This document shows, piece after piece, positions 26,345-35,601 of a stretch of 64,000 nucleotides of DNA. The notes beneath the pieces are model-generated. The model saw only the letters and a program-made list of their open reading frames with translations. It searched no databases and was not told the origin of the DNA. The stretch is from a bacterium. GTDB taxonomy: Bacteria; Patescibacteriota; Microgenomatia; UBA1406; GWC2-37-13. The translations under genes and the position numbers were made by a program. Within the stretch, counting starts at the first letter, position 1. Each line of letters starts with the position of its first letter. The stretch spans positions 259,332-323,331 of the forward strand of contig JAKBEU010000002.1 in assembly GCA_021833625.1 (NCBI GenBank). Direction: 5' to 3'.

Positions 26345-28294
26345 TTAAAATAGAAGAAAAAGAGCAAGAAAAAATAAAGGAGATGTGCAAAGAACAACGA
26401 AGCGCGCTTCATTATTGTTGAAAACGCTTATTATTTTTTGAGATGTATGGGATGCGAGAAGGAGGGGATGGGTAATGAGTTCTTTTTTATTCAATTGGTG
26501 GACTGTTTGGATGACAAAAGGGTCCGTATGAAGGACAAGTTGGGAAGAATAATCAATATCCTTTATGGAAAGTTCAAGCGTATAGGTTTTATTTTTTGAA
26601 TCGGCAATCACCGGGAACCCGAAAGGATAGGAAGTGCTTTCCCCGATTTGTGCGGGTGTCGTTTCTTGGGATGCGTACCACTTTTCATTTCCCGCCTCTT
26701 TTATTCTGATGAGAAATTTCTGATTTTTATTCGGATCAATGGGCACCATTCTTTTCTCTTTTCCTCCTACAACATTTGTAAGGTGGAGAGTCACGATACC
26801 TAAATTATCTTCTTTGGAGACAAAAGAAAACTGTAACGGCTTTTCTGATAAGGGAAGAGGTTTTTTTCCGGGGTTCGTTTGAAAAACGACATTATCTTTG
26901 GAATATTTTTTCTCTGCGGAAAAAAAGTTAAAGTTTGAAGTATATGCGGAAAGGATAAGAAAGATAAAAAATAGTATAAAAATAAGATTTGCAATTTTGA
27001 CGTTCTGAAATGACAAATGTGCTCCTGTACTTTTTGGGGTTTTGTACTGGAAATACAGAGTCTCAACGATAAGATGAAGAGCATAGGAGACACCGAGAAA
27101 AACGGTTGCGGTAAGAAGAAGAAAGAGAATGTTGGTTATCATATTTGTCGGCCGGAAAAGAAGATGCATGCCGTCAACTATTGCGGTATGGGAGATATAC
27201 ATTGAATAACTAATAGTTCCCAAGAAAACGAGAATAGGGGACGAAAAGAATTTGCTGAGTGGCGTATCGGTGTCCATAATTCCCCATACGATAAGACCGA
27301 ATGGAATTGACCAGAGAATTCGGTAAAGAAGCGTAACGTGAGAAGAGGAGCCGAGCGTCAGAAAACAGATGAAGAGCAGAATAAAAAACAAAAGAGGTGA
27401 AAACATTTTTTTTACCTTGTCGGGCAATGGGATAGTGACATTTTTTTTCACGAAATATGCAACCGTAATGCCGGAGAAAAAATAGATGAAGAAATCGATA
27501 AGCAACATGCCAAACCCTCGGACGTGTTTCATAAGAAGTGCCGTACCAAAAAAGAAGGGAATAAGGGAAACAAGAAAGATTATGATGAATGCTTTCGATT
27601 TTGCAGCTATTTTCTTTGCGTTAGGTGCAATGAGGAAGGGATAGATAAGATAAAATAGTACTTCAGGAACAAGACTCCAATAGACTCCGTCAAGCATGGG
27701 AATATAATCACCAAACGGAAGGGTGAGTGTTCCGTTCACCGCGCTTATCGTTCCTGTCCTTAATGCGAAAGGAAGAGAGGAAAACCATGCGGCCGGTTTT
27801 CGCACGATGACAAAACCGTACCAAAAAGCTACCAAAAATTGAAGGCCCAAAAAAAGACGTATAAATAATCCTCCCAGTCTAAATCTTTGAACGACATGTG
27901 TCCATATTGTCCGTGTGACAAGTGCCGCAAAGAGAATGGTTGCTATGCGGAGGAAGAGTGATAAGGTAGGAATAAGACTGAACACACTCATACAAAACAC
28001 CATCGTAAGAAACGGAGGGAATATACGGGCATACCGTTTTTCGATGAATTCCATCGGGAGCGGCTCAGCATATAGATATGCCATTAAGAAACCGGAAAGT
28101 ACAAAAAAGAAAGCGACTCCCAAAGTCCCGCTGGAAAACATAAATCGGCACAGCGGCTGCAGAAATGTGGGAAGCGCAGACACGATATACCTCGAATCAA
28201 TGTGATTGAGGAATACCAAAACAATGGCAAGTCCCCTCAAACCGTCCAACATATCAAGTCGGCGACTTAATTTTGGGGGGACTGTATGTGTCAT
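26345..28294 (-). CDS. Acyltransferase-3 family membrane protein with extra C-terminal domain
   Basis: 649 aa. It has the N-terminal motif LDGLRGLAIVLVFLNH and about 10 TM helices. A roughly 200-aa non-membrane region and a terminal TM follow. Confidence 0.75.
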   Translation of the reverse strand: MTHTVPPKLSRRLDMLDGLRGLAIVLVFLNHIDSRYIVSALPTFLQPLCRFMFSSGTLGVAFFFVLSGFLMAYLYAEPLPMEFIEKRYARIFPPFLTMVFCMSVFSLIPTLSLFLRIATILFAALVTRTIWTHVVQRFRLGGLFIRLFLGLQFLVAFWYGFVIVRKPAAWFSSLPFALRTGTISAVNGTLTLPFGDYIPMLDGVYWSLVPEVLFYLIYPFLIAPNAKKIAAKSKAFIIIFLVSLIPFFFGTALLMKHVRGFGMLLIDFFIYFFSGITVAYFVKKNVTIPLPDKVKKMFSPLLFFILLFICFLTLGSSSHVTLLYRILWSIPFGLIVWGIMDTDTPLSKFFSSPILVFLGTISYSMYISHTAIVDGMHLLFRPTNMITNILFLLLTATVFLGVSYALHLIVETLYFQYKTPKSTGAHLSFQNVKIANLIFILFFIFLILSAYTSNFNFFSAEKKYSKDNVVFQTNPGKKPLPLSEKPLQFSFVSKEDNLGIVTLHLTNVVGGKEKRMVPIDPNKNQKFLIRIKEAGNEKWYASQETTPAQIGESTSYPFGFPVIADSKNKTYTLELSIKDIDYSSQLVLHTDPFVIQTVHQLNKKELITHPLLLASHTSQKIISVFNNNEARFVVLCTSPLFFLALFLLF

Positions 28295-28299
28295 GAAAA

Positions 28300-29328
28300 T
28301 TAGTAGTGGAACTCTGAATATTTATTCGTGATTCCGATTCTTTCCCTTACCTCCATCATTTTTTTTGCGGCCTGAACGCGTGCTTTTTCGGCACCTTCCC
28401 TCAAAATATCTTTTATCTTCTCAGGGTTCGATTTTAATTCATTATAGAGTGCCCTTTCTTTTTTGAATTTGGTCAGGATTGCGAATATAAGTTTTTCTTT
28501 GACTTCCATATCGGAAACGGTTCCCGTTGTGTATCTCTTTTCAAGATCAGCAACCTCATCCTTATTATCATTTAACAGTCTATGGTAAGTAAATACGGGA
28601 TTACCCTCAACACTTCCCGGGTCGGTTACCTTTTTCCGGTTCGGGTCAGTGTAACAACTCATTATCTGTTTTCGGATTATTTTTTCATCCGCAAAAACGG
28701 CAATATAATTATTCAAACTTTTACTCATCTTCCGTTTTCCCTCCGTTCCCACAAGACGTGCGCTTTCCTTAATGTTGTAAATATCGGGAAGAACAAATGT
28801 TTCGCCGTATGTTTTATTAAAAAATCCGGCAACATCGCGCGCAATTTCAATATGCTGTTTTTGATCATCCCCAACGGGAACATAATCAGGGCCATAGAGC
28901 AGAATATCTGCCGCCATCAGGATGGGATAGGAAAAAAGACCCATATTAATATCTTCCGGATCGGTTCCTTTTTGCAGTTTATCCTTATACGCATGTGCCC
29001 GCTTTATCAGTGCAAGGGGAGTCACGTTATTCAAAATACTTTGCAACTCTGTATGCTCCGTGATATCCGACTGGCGGTAAAATACGACTTTTTTCGTATC
29101 GATACCGAATGCCAGGTAAGACAAAACAAGATTCTCGACGTTCCGTTGCAGTTCCAGTTTATTCTGCACTGTTGTCAGTGCATGTAAATCCGCAATAAAG
29201 AAATATATTTTATCGGCATTTTTTTGCAGTTCCAAAAAAGGAACAACGGCACCCAAATAGTTGCCGATATGCACCTCTCCGCTGCCTGACGGGGTGATCC
29301 CCGTTAATATAGAGTAATTGTTTTTCAT
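28300..29328 (-). CDS. trpS: Tryptophan--tRNA ligase
   Basis: 342 aa. Class I motifs are present: a HIGN variant (GEVHIGNYLG) and KMSKS (RKMSKSL). Confidence 0.95.
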   Translation of the reverse strand: MKNNYSILTGITPSGSGEVHIGNYLGAVVPFLELQKNADKIYFFIADLHALTTVQNKLELQRNVENLVLSYLAFGIDTKKVVFYRQSDITEHTELQSILNNVTPLALIKRAHAYKDKLQKGTDPEDINMGLFSYPILMAADILLYGPDYVPVGDDQKQHIEIARDVAGFFNKTYGETFVLPDIYNIKESARLVGTEGKRKMSKSLNNYIAVFADEKIIRKQIMSCYTDPNRKKVTDPGSVEGNPVFTYHRLLNDNKDEVADLEKRYTTGTVSDMEVKEKLIFAILTKFKKERALYNELKSNPEKIKDILREGAEKARVQAAKKMMEVRERIGITNKYSEFHY

Positions 29329-29359
29329 AGTGTTATTATAACCTATAAATCAAAACGTA

Positions 29360-30553
29360 TTATTTCGATAAAAATGTGTTAAAAATATACTCGACATCCT
29401 TGTCTCCCCGCCCGGAAAGATTGATGACAACTATTTTTTCTTTCGCAAGTCGTGCGGCAAGACGGATTCCGTATGCGACCGCGTGAGCGCTTTCCAGGGC
29501 CGGAATAATTCCTTCCGTCTTTGAAAGAAGCGAAAATGCGGCAACTGCCTGAGCGTCGGTAATGCTTGCCAGTTCGATTCTTTTTGTGTCTTTCAGATAA
29601 GCAAGCTCCGGTCCAACACCTGGATAATCAAGACCGGATGCGGCGCTGTATGATTTACCTATCTCACCTTTTTTGTCGTGGAGGATTAGCGTTTTGAATC
29701 CATGGATGACATCAATACTTCCTTTTCCGAGTGACACTCCGTGTCTTCCCGTTTTTACTCCCAACCCTGCAGGTTCAACTGCCACAAGATGAACGGATGC
29801 GTCGTTGATAAAAGAATAAAACGCTCCCATGGCATTGCTTCCTCCGCCGACACATGCCACGACATAATCGGGAAGTTTCTTTTCGTTTTGTAAAATTTGT
29901 TCCCTCATTTCTTCTCCGATAATCTTTTGGAAGTCGCGTACCATTGTCGGGTAGGGGTGCGGTCCGACGGCAGAGCCCAAGAGATAATATGCCTCAGGAT
30001 CCTGCGCATATGCCATGAGCGCGCTGTCGACTGCGTCTTTGAGCGTCTGTTGTCCATTCGTGACCTTTATTACTTTTGCTCCCAATATTTTTATGCGGTA
30101 TACGTTTGGTTTCTCATTTTCCATGTCACGTGCTCCCATATAGATGTCGCACTTCATGCCAAATAGTGCAGCAACAGTTGCCGTTGCAACACCGTGTTGT
30201 CCTGCCCCAGTTTCTGCAATAAGCTTTTTCTTTCCCATATATTTTGCAACAAGCGCCTGGCCTAATGCATTATTGATCTTATGTGCTCCGGTGTGATTTA
30301 AATCTTCGCGTTTGAGAAAAATCTTTGCCCCCTTTTGTTTGCGGGTAAGATTTTGCGCAAAATAAAAAGAACTGGGCCGATTTGCATACTCCCTTAATAA
30401 CAACTTCAGTCGGGATTGGAATGCCGCATCGTTTTTGAGTTTGCCGTACGCAACTGCCAGGTCATTTAATGGCTTCTCAAGCGGGGGAGGAACAAATATT
30501 CCTCCATACTTCCCGAAAAATCCCGAGGTGTCCGGTTGATTATAGATATCCAT
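29360..30553 (-). CDS. trpB: Tryptophan synthase beta chain (TrpB1-length, stand-alone in this window)
   Basis: 397 aa with LKREDLNHTGAHKINN (PLP Lys) and GGGSNAMG. No trpA is adjacent. Confidence 0.95.
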   Translation of the reverse strand: MDIYNQPDTSGFFGKYGGIFVPPPLEKPLNDLAVAYGKLKNDAAFQSRLKLLLREYANRPSSFYFAQNLTRKQKGAKIFLKREDLNHTGAHKINNALGQALVAKYMGKKKLIAETGAGQHGVATATVAALFGMKCDIYMGARDMENEKPNVYRIKILGAKVIKVTNGQQTLKDAVDSALMAYAQDPEAYYLLGSAVGPHPYPTMVRDFQKIIGEEMREQILQNEKKLPDYVVACVGGGSNAMGAFYSFINDASVHLVAVEPAGLGVKTGRHGVSLGKGSIDVIHGFKTLILHDKKGEIGKSYSAASGLDYPGVGPELAYLKDTKRIELASITDAQAVAAFSLLSKTEGIIPALESAHAVAYGIRLAARLAKEKIVVINLSGRGDKDVEYIFNTFLSK

Positions 30554-30617
30554 ATTATTATAAATTTGAAATTTTAAATTAAAAATGGTGAGGTTAGATG
30601 TGAAATGAAGTGGTGGC

Positions 30618-30875
30618 TTATCGCCAATTGGAAGAGAAGTTACCCTTGCTTATTTCTTTTGATCCGCGGGTCACGGTTGCGACTCCTACTCCTAGTTTTG
30701 CCGCAATTGTGTGCTGAGGGATTCCTTTTTTCAACATTTTAACAATTTGAAGACGCGTCGGAATTTCGGCAAGCTCTTTTGGGGTAAGAATCCCCACAAG
30801 GAAGTTCCTTAGTTCTTTTTTTGACTTCAGGCGGGTAATTTCTTCCACCAATTCGGTAATGTATGTATTATCCAT
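30618..30875 (-). CDS. TrpR/YerC-YecD-family helix-turn-helix regulator (second paralogue)
   Basis: 85 aa. It shows the pattern ILTPKELAEIPTRLQIVKMLKKGIPQHTIAAKLGVGVATVTRG and lies directly upstream of trpB-trpS. Confidence 0.75.
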   Translation of the reverse strand: MDNTYITELVEEITRLKSKKELRNFLVGILTPKELAEIPTRLQIVKMLKKGIPQHTIAAKLGVGVATVTRGSKEISKGNFSSNWR

Positions 30876-30882
30876 GTGTACT

Positions 30883-30912
30883 ATTATACTAGTATGCTAG
30901 TATATCTGTCAA
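30883..30912 (-). promoter_or_regulatory. Consensus promoter (TTGACA-18-TATAAT) with an embedded CTAG-type palindromic operator, ending 7 nt before the ATG
   Basis: On the minus strand, TTGACA is at 30912-30907 and TATAAT at 30888-30883, with the ATG at 30875. The palindrome TATACTAGTATGCTAGTATA (plus strand 30885-30904) fills the spacer and overlaps the -10. Confidence 0.65.
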
Positions 30913-30918
30913 GAGGCA

Positions 30919-31368
30919 TTAGGAAAGTTCTTTTGAGTCGAGAAAAAAAGTGACAGGACCATCATAGGTGAGCGATATCTGCATATGTGCTCCAAATACT
31001 CCCTTTTGGACAGGAATACCGGATTGTCCTAGGAGGGCACCGAAGTTCTCATACATTTTTTCTGCTGTCTGTGGTTCCATCGCAGGAAAAAAATCTGGTC
31101 GTCGTCCTCCTTTAATATTTGAACACAGTGTAAATTGGGAAATGAGGAGTATTGAGCCTTTTGATTCTAAGATAGATTTGTTCATCTTTCCGTTCTCATC
31201 CGCGTTAATGCGAAGATGAATAATCTTTTCTGATAATTTTTTTATGTCTTCAACCGTGTCGTCTTTTGCAACCCCTAAAAAGATGATATATCCGCTCTCG
31301 ATGGAAGAGTGCTTTTTTTGATTAACAAAAACTGCCGCATCTGTCACTCGTTGTACAATTGCTTTCAT
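30919..31368 (-). CDS. dtd: D-aminoacyl-tRNA deacylase
   Basis: 149 aa, with MKAIVQRV at the N-terminus and the SQFTL and GPVT motifs. Confidence 0.9.
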   Translation of the reverse strand: MKAIVQRVTDAAVFVNQKKHSSIESGYIIFLGVAKDDTVEDIKKLSEKIIHLRINADENGKMNKSILESKGSILLISQFTLCSNIKGGRRPDFFPAMEPQTAEKMYENFGALLGQSGIPVQKGVFGAHMQISLTYDGPVTFFLDSKELS

Positions 31369-31371
31369 ACG

Positions 31372-33594
31372 TTATAGTCTGACAATGGTATACGGATCGT
31401 TGTCATGGTTGCAGTCAACACAATAGCTTGAGAACATGTCTTTGATAATTATTTTGTCGCGGTTTTCCACATTTGTATCGGTTGGGCTTGCAAGTTTATC
31501 GGTATCCTTATTTATCGGTACCGATTGTTTCACCGCTCCGTCTCCTTTCGGCTCCGTTCCTTTGATGAAATATTCGTATCGGGAAGAACAGTTTTCTTTT
31601 CCGCCTCCGTCTTTTGTCATCAAAGCACCACTGTCGTTGCATACCTGTGCACCGACAACATTTTCTGGTTTGACGGGCCATAGGTCCGGTTGGTTTTTGA
31701 GTACAACTCTCATTATTTTGTTCCAGATGGGAGCGGCTCCTGTAATGCCTGAGGTAAGCGCCGGATTCATTGGGGTGTTATCGTTGTTCCCGACCCATAC
31801 GACAGTCAGAAAGTTCGGTGTGTATCCAATTGTCCAGTTGTCTTTTTTATCGTCGGTTGTTCCCGTTTTGACCGAGACGGTTTTGCCCGGAACAACAAGC
31901 AGTGATCCTGCACCAAATGCAGCAGACCGCGCATTGTCATCGAGAAGAATGTGCGAAATAAGATAGGCGGTCTCTTTTGAGATGGCAGGCTTTCCGGGAA
32001 TGGAAAGGAACGAGGGAAGAGGAAGAGGCTTTTTTACGTCTCCTTCCAAATTCGGATCTTTGAAAGTGAACAACACTTTACCCGTACGGTCCTCAACTTT
32101 CAGAATCGCATTTAATTTTCTGGGAATTCCCTGATTGGCAAAGGCGGAAAACGCCTGTGCCATTTCAGTCATACGCACCTCTCCGCCTCCAAGCGTAAGT
32201 GATAGTCCATATCGCGTTGGGTCGTCAAATGAGGTAATAGTAAATGCGGATGCTGAAGCGATGAAATTTTTGACTCCATTCACCGCCAACATCTTAACTG
32301 CAGGAATATTGTACGAATTTCCGAGTGCAAACCGGAGTTGGGTCGGGCCATGGAACTTTCCGTCGTAATTCACCGGACAATAGGACCCCGGTTGTCCCTC
32401 TGCCGTGAAACAGGTCGGGATATCAAGAAACACCGTTGCGGGTGTTACTAATTTTCTATCAATTCCTACCGCATAATTTAAGGGTTTGATGGAGCTTCCG
32501 GGCTGACGCAGGGAAGTTGTGACATTAAACGTTCCTGATGCTGAGGCAAAATAATCTGCAGATCCGACCATTGAAAGAATTTCACCCGTAGACGGACGTG
32601 TCACCAGTGCCGCTCCATTTGAAACATCAAGATATTTGTCCGCATCAATCTCGGTCTTTAATATTGCCTCAGCACTCGCCTGAATATCGTAGTCAAGAGT
32701 TGTCGTAACATTGAGTCCTCCCTGTTCGACAAGATCGCTCCCGTACTCGCTCTCAAGAAGGGACTTCACATAAAAAACAAAATGAGGAGCTTTTATCGTA
32801 GTCTTTAAGGGAATGACGGCTATTTTTGCTTCAAGAGCCGATTTTTTTTGTGCGGCGGTAATATATCCCTGCTGGGTCATTGCCATCAGCACTTCATCCC
32901 GTCTATGCCTTGTGAGGTCGGGATTGATGTAAGGGGAGTAGAGTGAGGGAGCCTGAGGAAGGCCCGCGAGCATTGCCGCTTCATCGATGGTCAAATCTTT
33001 TGCGTGTTTGCCGAAATATGTTTTTGAAGCTTCCTCGATTCCGTAGGACGACCCCCCATACGGTACCTGATTGAGATACATCTCCAGGATTTCATCTTTT
33101 GAATATAACTGCTCGACCGAAATGGCTAGCACTATCTCTCTTATTTTTCGTCTGATAGTCCGCTCGGGGGAAAGGAGAGCATTCTTTACCAATTGTTGCG
33201 TGATGGTGGATCCTCCCTGAAGGCTTTGTTTGAACACAATTTCCTTTGCAGCACGCAGTACGCCGGAAATAAGAGAAACCCCCTTGTGATGGTAAAAATC
33301 CTTATCTTCTATTGCAATGGCCGCCTGATAAATGTAAGGCTTTAAGTCCTTGAGTTTTATCGGGGTCCTGTTCTGGTCTCGGTAAATTTCATAGAGCAAC
33401 TTTCCGTTTCTGTCATAAATATGAGTTGAGAACGGGATTGCCTTGAGATTTTTAAGTGAAGCGGCAGAGGGAAGGCCTTTCAGGATAAAAAAATAGGTCG
33501 CAGCTGCAGTGACCCCCACTAGCAGCACAACTGCGATAATAATAAAACCGAGACGATGTTTTATGGTTGAAAGGGATGCGCGTATTATTTTCAT
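31372..33594 (-). CDS. Class A penicillin-binding protein (glycosyltransferase + transpeptidase)
   Basis: 740 aa with an N-terminal TM. GT51 motifs are AIEDKDFYHHKG and GGSTITQQLVKN. Transpeptidase motifs are GSSIKP and KTGTT. Confidence 0.9.
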   Translation of the reverse strand: MKIIRASLSTIKHRLGFIIIAVVLLVGVTAAATYFFILKGLPSAASLKNLKAIPFSTHIYDRNGKLLYEIYRDQNRTPIKLKDLKPYIYQAAIAIEDKDFYHHKGVSLISGVLRAAKEIVFKQSLQGGSTITQQLVKNALLSPERTIRRKIREIVLAISVEQLYSKDEILEMYLNQVPYGGSSYGIEEASKTYFGKHAKDLTIDEAAMLAGLPQAPSLYSPYINPDLTRHRRDEVLMAMTQQGYITAAQKKSALEAKIAVIPLKTTIKAPHFVFYVKSLLESEYGSDLVEQGGLNVTTTLDYDIQASAEAILKTEIDADKYLDVSNGAALVTRPSTGEILSMVGSADYFASASGTFNVTTSLRQPGSSIKPLNYAVGIDRKLVTPATVFLDIPTCFTAEGQPGSYCPVNYDGKFHGPTQLRFALGNSYNIPAVKMLAVNGVKNFIASASAFTITSFDDPTRYGLSLTLGGGEVRMTEMAQAFSAFANQGIPRKLNAILKVEDRTGKVLFTFKDPNLEGDVKKPLPLPSFLSIPGKPAISKETAYLISHILLDDNARSAAFGAGSLLVVPGKTVSVKTGTTDDKKDNWTIGYTPNFLTVVWVGNNDNTPMNPALTSGITGAAPIWNKIMRVVLKNQPDLWPVKPENVVGAQVCNDSGALMTKDGGGKENCSSRYEYFIKGTEPKGDGAVKQSVPINKDTDKLASPTDTNVENRDKIIIKDMFSSYCVDCNHDNDPYTIVRL

Positions 33595-35006
33595 GACTGT
33601 AAACGGGGAAATAGGGGAGGAACTTTTGAAATCGTCCCGCTTGTTCCTTTGATAATTAGCTCACCGGTTGCGGGCAGGAACGGATACAGCCTATTCCCAA
33701 TGTGAAATAACATGTGGAGCGACTCGACAAGGAAGTCGTGTCGCTGTTCTGGCGTTTTGCTCCATGGAGTTTGCTCATTAATACTTTTGTTAAGCTTTTT
33801 TACCTCTTCCCAAATAGATACAAGTACTTCGTTCAAGTGGAACGTCTCAATCTGTGCGGCAATTTGTGCATCGATAGTATAGGGCGTTTTTTCGACCGTT
33901 ATTCCGTCTTTTGCGGCAAGGGTCGTAACGCGTGAAACGCAGTTGCCCAGTTCGTTTGCAAGATCGGAGTTGTAGAGCTCCTTCATCCGCGGTTCGGAAA
34001 AGTCGCCGTCATCAAGAGTCGGGATTTCACGGAGCAGGTAGTAGCGCACCGCGTCCGTTCCGTATTTTTTTATCATGTCGTAAGGGTCAACAACATTCCC
34101 GAGGCTTTTGCTCATTTTCTGTCCGTTTGAAGTGATAAATCCATGGATAATTATCTGCTTTGAAAGAGGGACGACAGCTGACAGAAGCATCGCCTGCCAC
34201 ATCGCCGACTGCTGACGGAGATTGTCTTTACCGGCCACCTGTATTCCCGGCCACCACAGATTTGCTTTCTCTTCATCCGGCCAGTCGACCGTTGAGATAT
34301 AGTTAATGAGGGCGTCAAACCAAACATACATAACGTGCAAAGGATCATTCGGAACGGGTATTCCCCAGGGCATTTTTTCTTTAAGACGCGAAATACTGAA
34401 GTCCTGCAACCCTGCCTGAACGAAATTTTTTATTTCGTTAAATTTTGACTCGGGAAGCACGAAGTCTGGCTGTTTCTCGTACAACTCAAGGAGCGGTTTT
34501 TGGAACTTTGAGAAGGCAAAAAAGTAATTTTCTTCATCCCTCAGTTCAATAGTTCCGGTTGGGTGAAGGGGGCAATGTCCGTCAACAAGATCAGAGTCCG
34601 TTTTTTCTAGTTCGCATCCAACGCAGTACTTTGTCTGATAATTTTTTTTATAAATATCCCCGTTTTTAAGGCATCGTGTCCAGAATTCCTGTGCGGCAGC
34701 AATATGTTTTGCATCCGTCGTGCGGATAAAATGGGTGTAGCTTAGGTTAAGTGCTTGTTTTAAATCGTTGAATTTTTTGGCATATTCGTCGCAGTAAGCT
34801 TGCGGGTCCTGGTGGCGCTCGAGTGCCTTCTGGTAAATCTTTTGTCCGTGTTCGTCCGTCCCCGTATTAAAAACGACTTCATACCCCATTTGTCTCCACG
34901 CTCTTGCCACAACATCTGCTTGGACTATTTCGAGAGCAAACCCGATATGCGGATCGGCATTCACGTAAGGAAGGGTTGTAGTAATGTATTTTTTTACGCC
35001 TGACAT
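33591..35006 (-). CDS. metG: Methionine--tRNA ligase (short form)
   Basis: 471 aa with a HIGH variant (NADPHIGFALE), KMSKS (QKMSKSLG) and a CxxC...C..H knuckle (YCVGCE ... GHCPLH). Confidence 0.95.
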   Translation of the reverse strand: MSGVKKYITTTLPYVNADPHIGFALEIVQADVVARAWRQMGYEVVFNTGTDEHGQKIYQKALERHQDPQAYCDEYAKKFNDLKQALNLSYTHFIRTTDAKHIAAAQEFWTRCLKNGDIYKKNYQTKYCVGCELEKTDSDLVDGHCPLHPTGTIELRDEENYFFAFSKFQKPLLELYEKQPDFVLPESKFNEIKNFVQAGLQDFSISRLKEKMPWGIPVPNDPLHVMYVWFDALINYISTVDWPDEEKANLWWPGIQVAGKDNLRQQSAMWQAMLLSAVVPLSKQIIIHGFITSNGQKMSKSLGNVVDPYDMIKKYGTDAVRYYLLREIPTLDDGDFSEPRMKELYNSDLANELGNCVSRVTTLAAKDGITVEKTPYTIDAQIAAQIETFHLNEVLVSIWEEVKKLNKSINEQTPWSKTPEQRHDFLVESLHMLFHIGNRLYPFLPATGELIIKGTSGTISKVPPLFPRLQS

Positions 35007-35021
35007 AATAGGTATAGTATA

Positions 35022-35309
35022 TCACTTGACGGACACACACAGAAGTATTCCGAGTGCAAAAATAAGTACCGTATTCAAAAAACTGAATCCGAAAAGCCAG
35101 GAAGAAATGAGGAAAAACCCCGCGCATCCTGAGAGAATAAGTGCATATGACTTGTTGATGGTCAGTCTCATGGAAAGAAGAAGCGCGAAGAAGACGAGGA
35201 GGATGAATGTACAGATGACAAGCGGTTTGTCGGGAGGAAGAAGAGTCAGAAAAAGACAGGTTAACGCCCACAAAACACCCGGAAGAATTAGAGGTTGAAA
35301 CTTCGCCAC
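35022..35309 (-). CDS. Possible small polytopic membrane protein (GTG start)
   Basis: The only long ORF in the 325-bp metG/rpsO divergent gap. From GTG 35309 it encodes about 95 aa with 3-4 hydrophobic helices. A TATAAT box (35321-35316) ends 6 nt before the GTG. No homology was recognised. Confidence 0.35.
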   Translation of the reverse strand: MAKFQPLILPGVLWALTCLFLTLLPPDKPLVICTFILLVFFALLLSMRLTINKSYALILSGCAGFFLISSWLFGFSFLNTVLIFALGILLCVSVK

Positions 35310-35323
35310 TCGTTTATTATAAT
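35295..35323 (+). promoter_or_regulatory. Sigma70-like promoter of rpsO (TTGAAA-17-TATAAT), ending 8 nt before the ATG
   Basis: TTGAAA at 35295-35300, TATAAT at 35318-35323 and the ATG at 35332. Confidence 0.55.
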
Positions 35324-35331
35324 GTATTCTT

Positions 35332-35601
35332 ATGAAAAAATTACCGGACGATAAACAGAAACTTATAGAGATGTTCGCACAAAAAGACGGCGACACGGGT
35401 TCTCCAGAAGTACAATCTGCCTTGTTAACATTCAAAATCAACCGTTTAACGGAACATTTAGCTGAAAATAATAAAGACAACCACTCCAGACGTGGTCTTT
35501 TAAAGGTTATTGCAAAAAGACGCAGAATCCTCAATTACCTTCAGAAGCTGGACGAGAAAAGATATAAAAAACTTATAGATCAAATTGGACTCAAAAAATA
35601 A
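35332..35601 (+). CDS. rpsO: 30S ribosomal protein S15
   Basis: 89 aa with GDTGSPEVQSALLT ... HLAENNKDNHSRRGLLK ... RRRILNYL. Confidence 0.95.
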   Translation: MKKLPDDKQKLIEMFAQKDGDTGSPEVQSALLTFKINRLTEHLAENNKDNHSRRGLLKVIAKRRRILNYLQKLDEKRYKKLIDQIGLKK

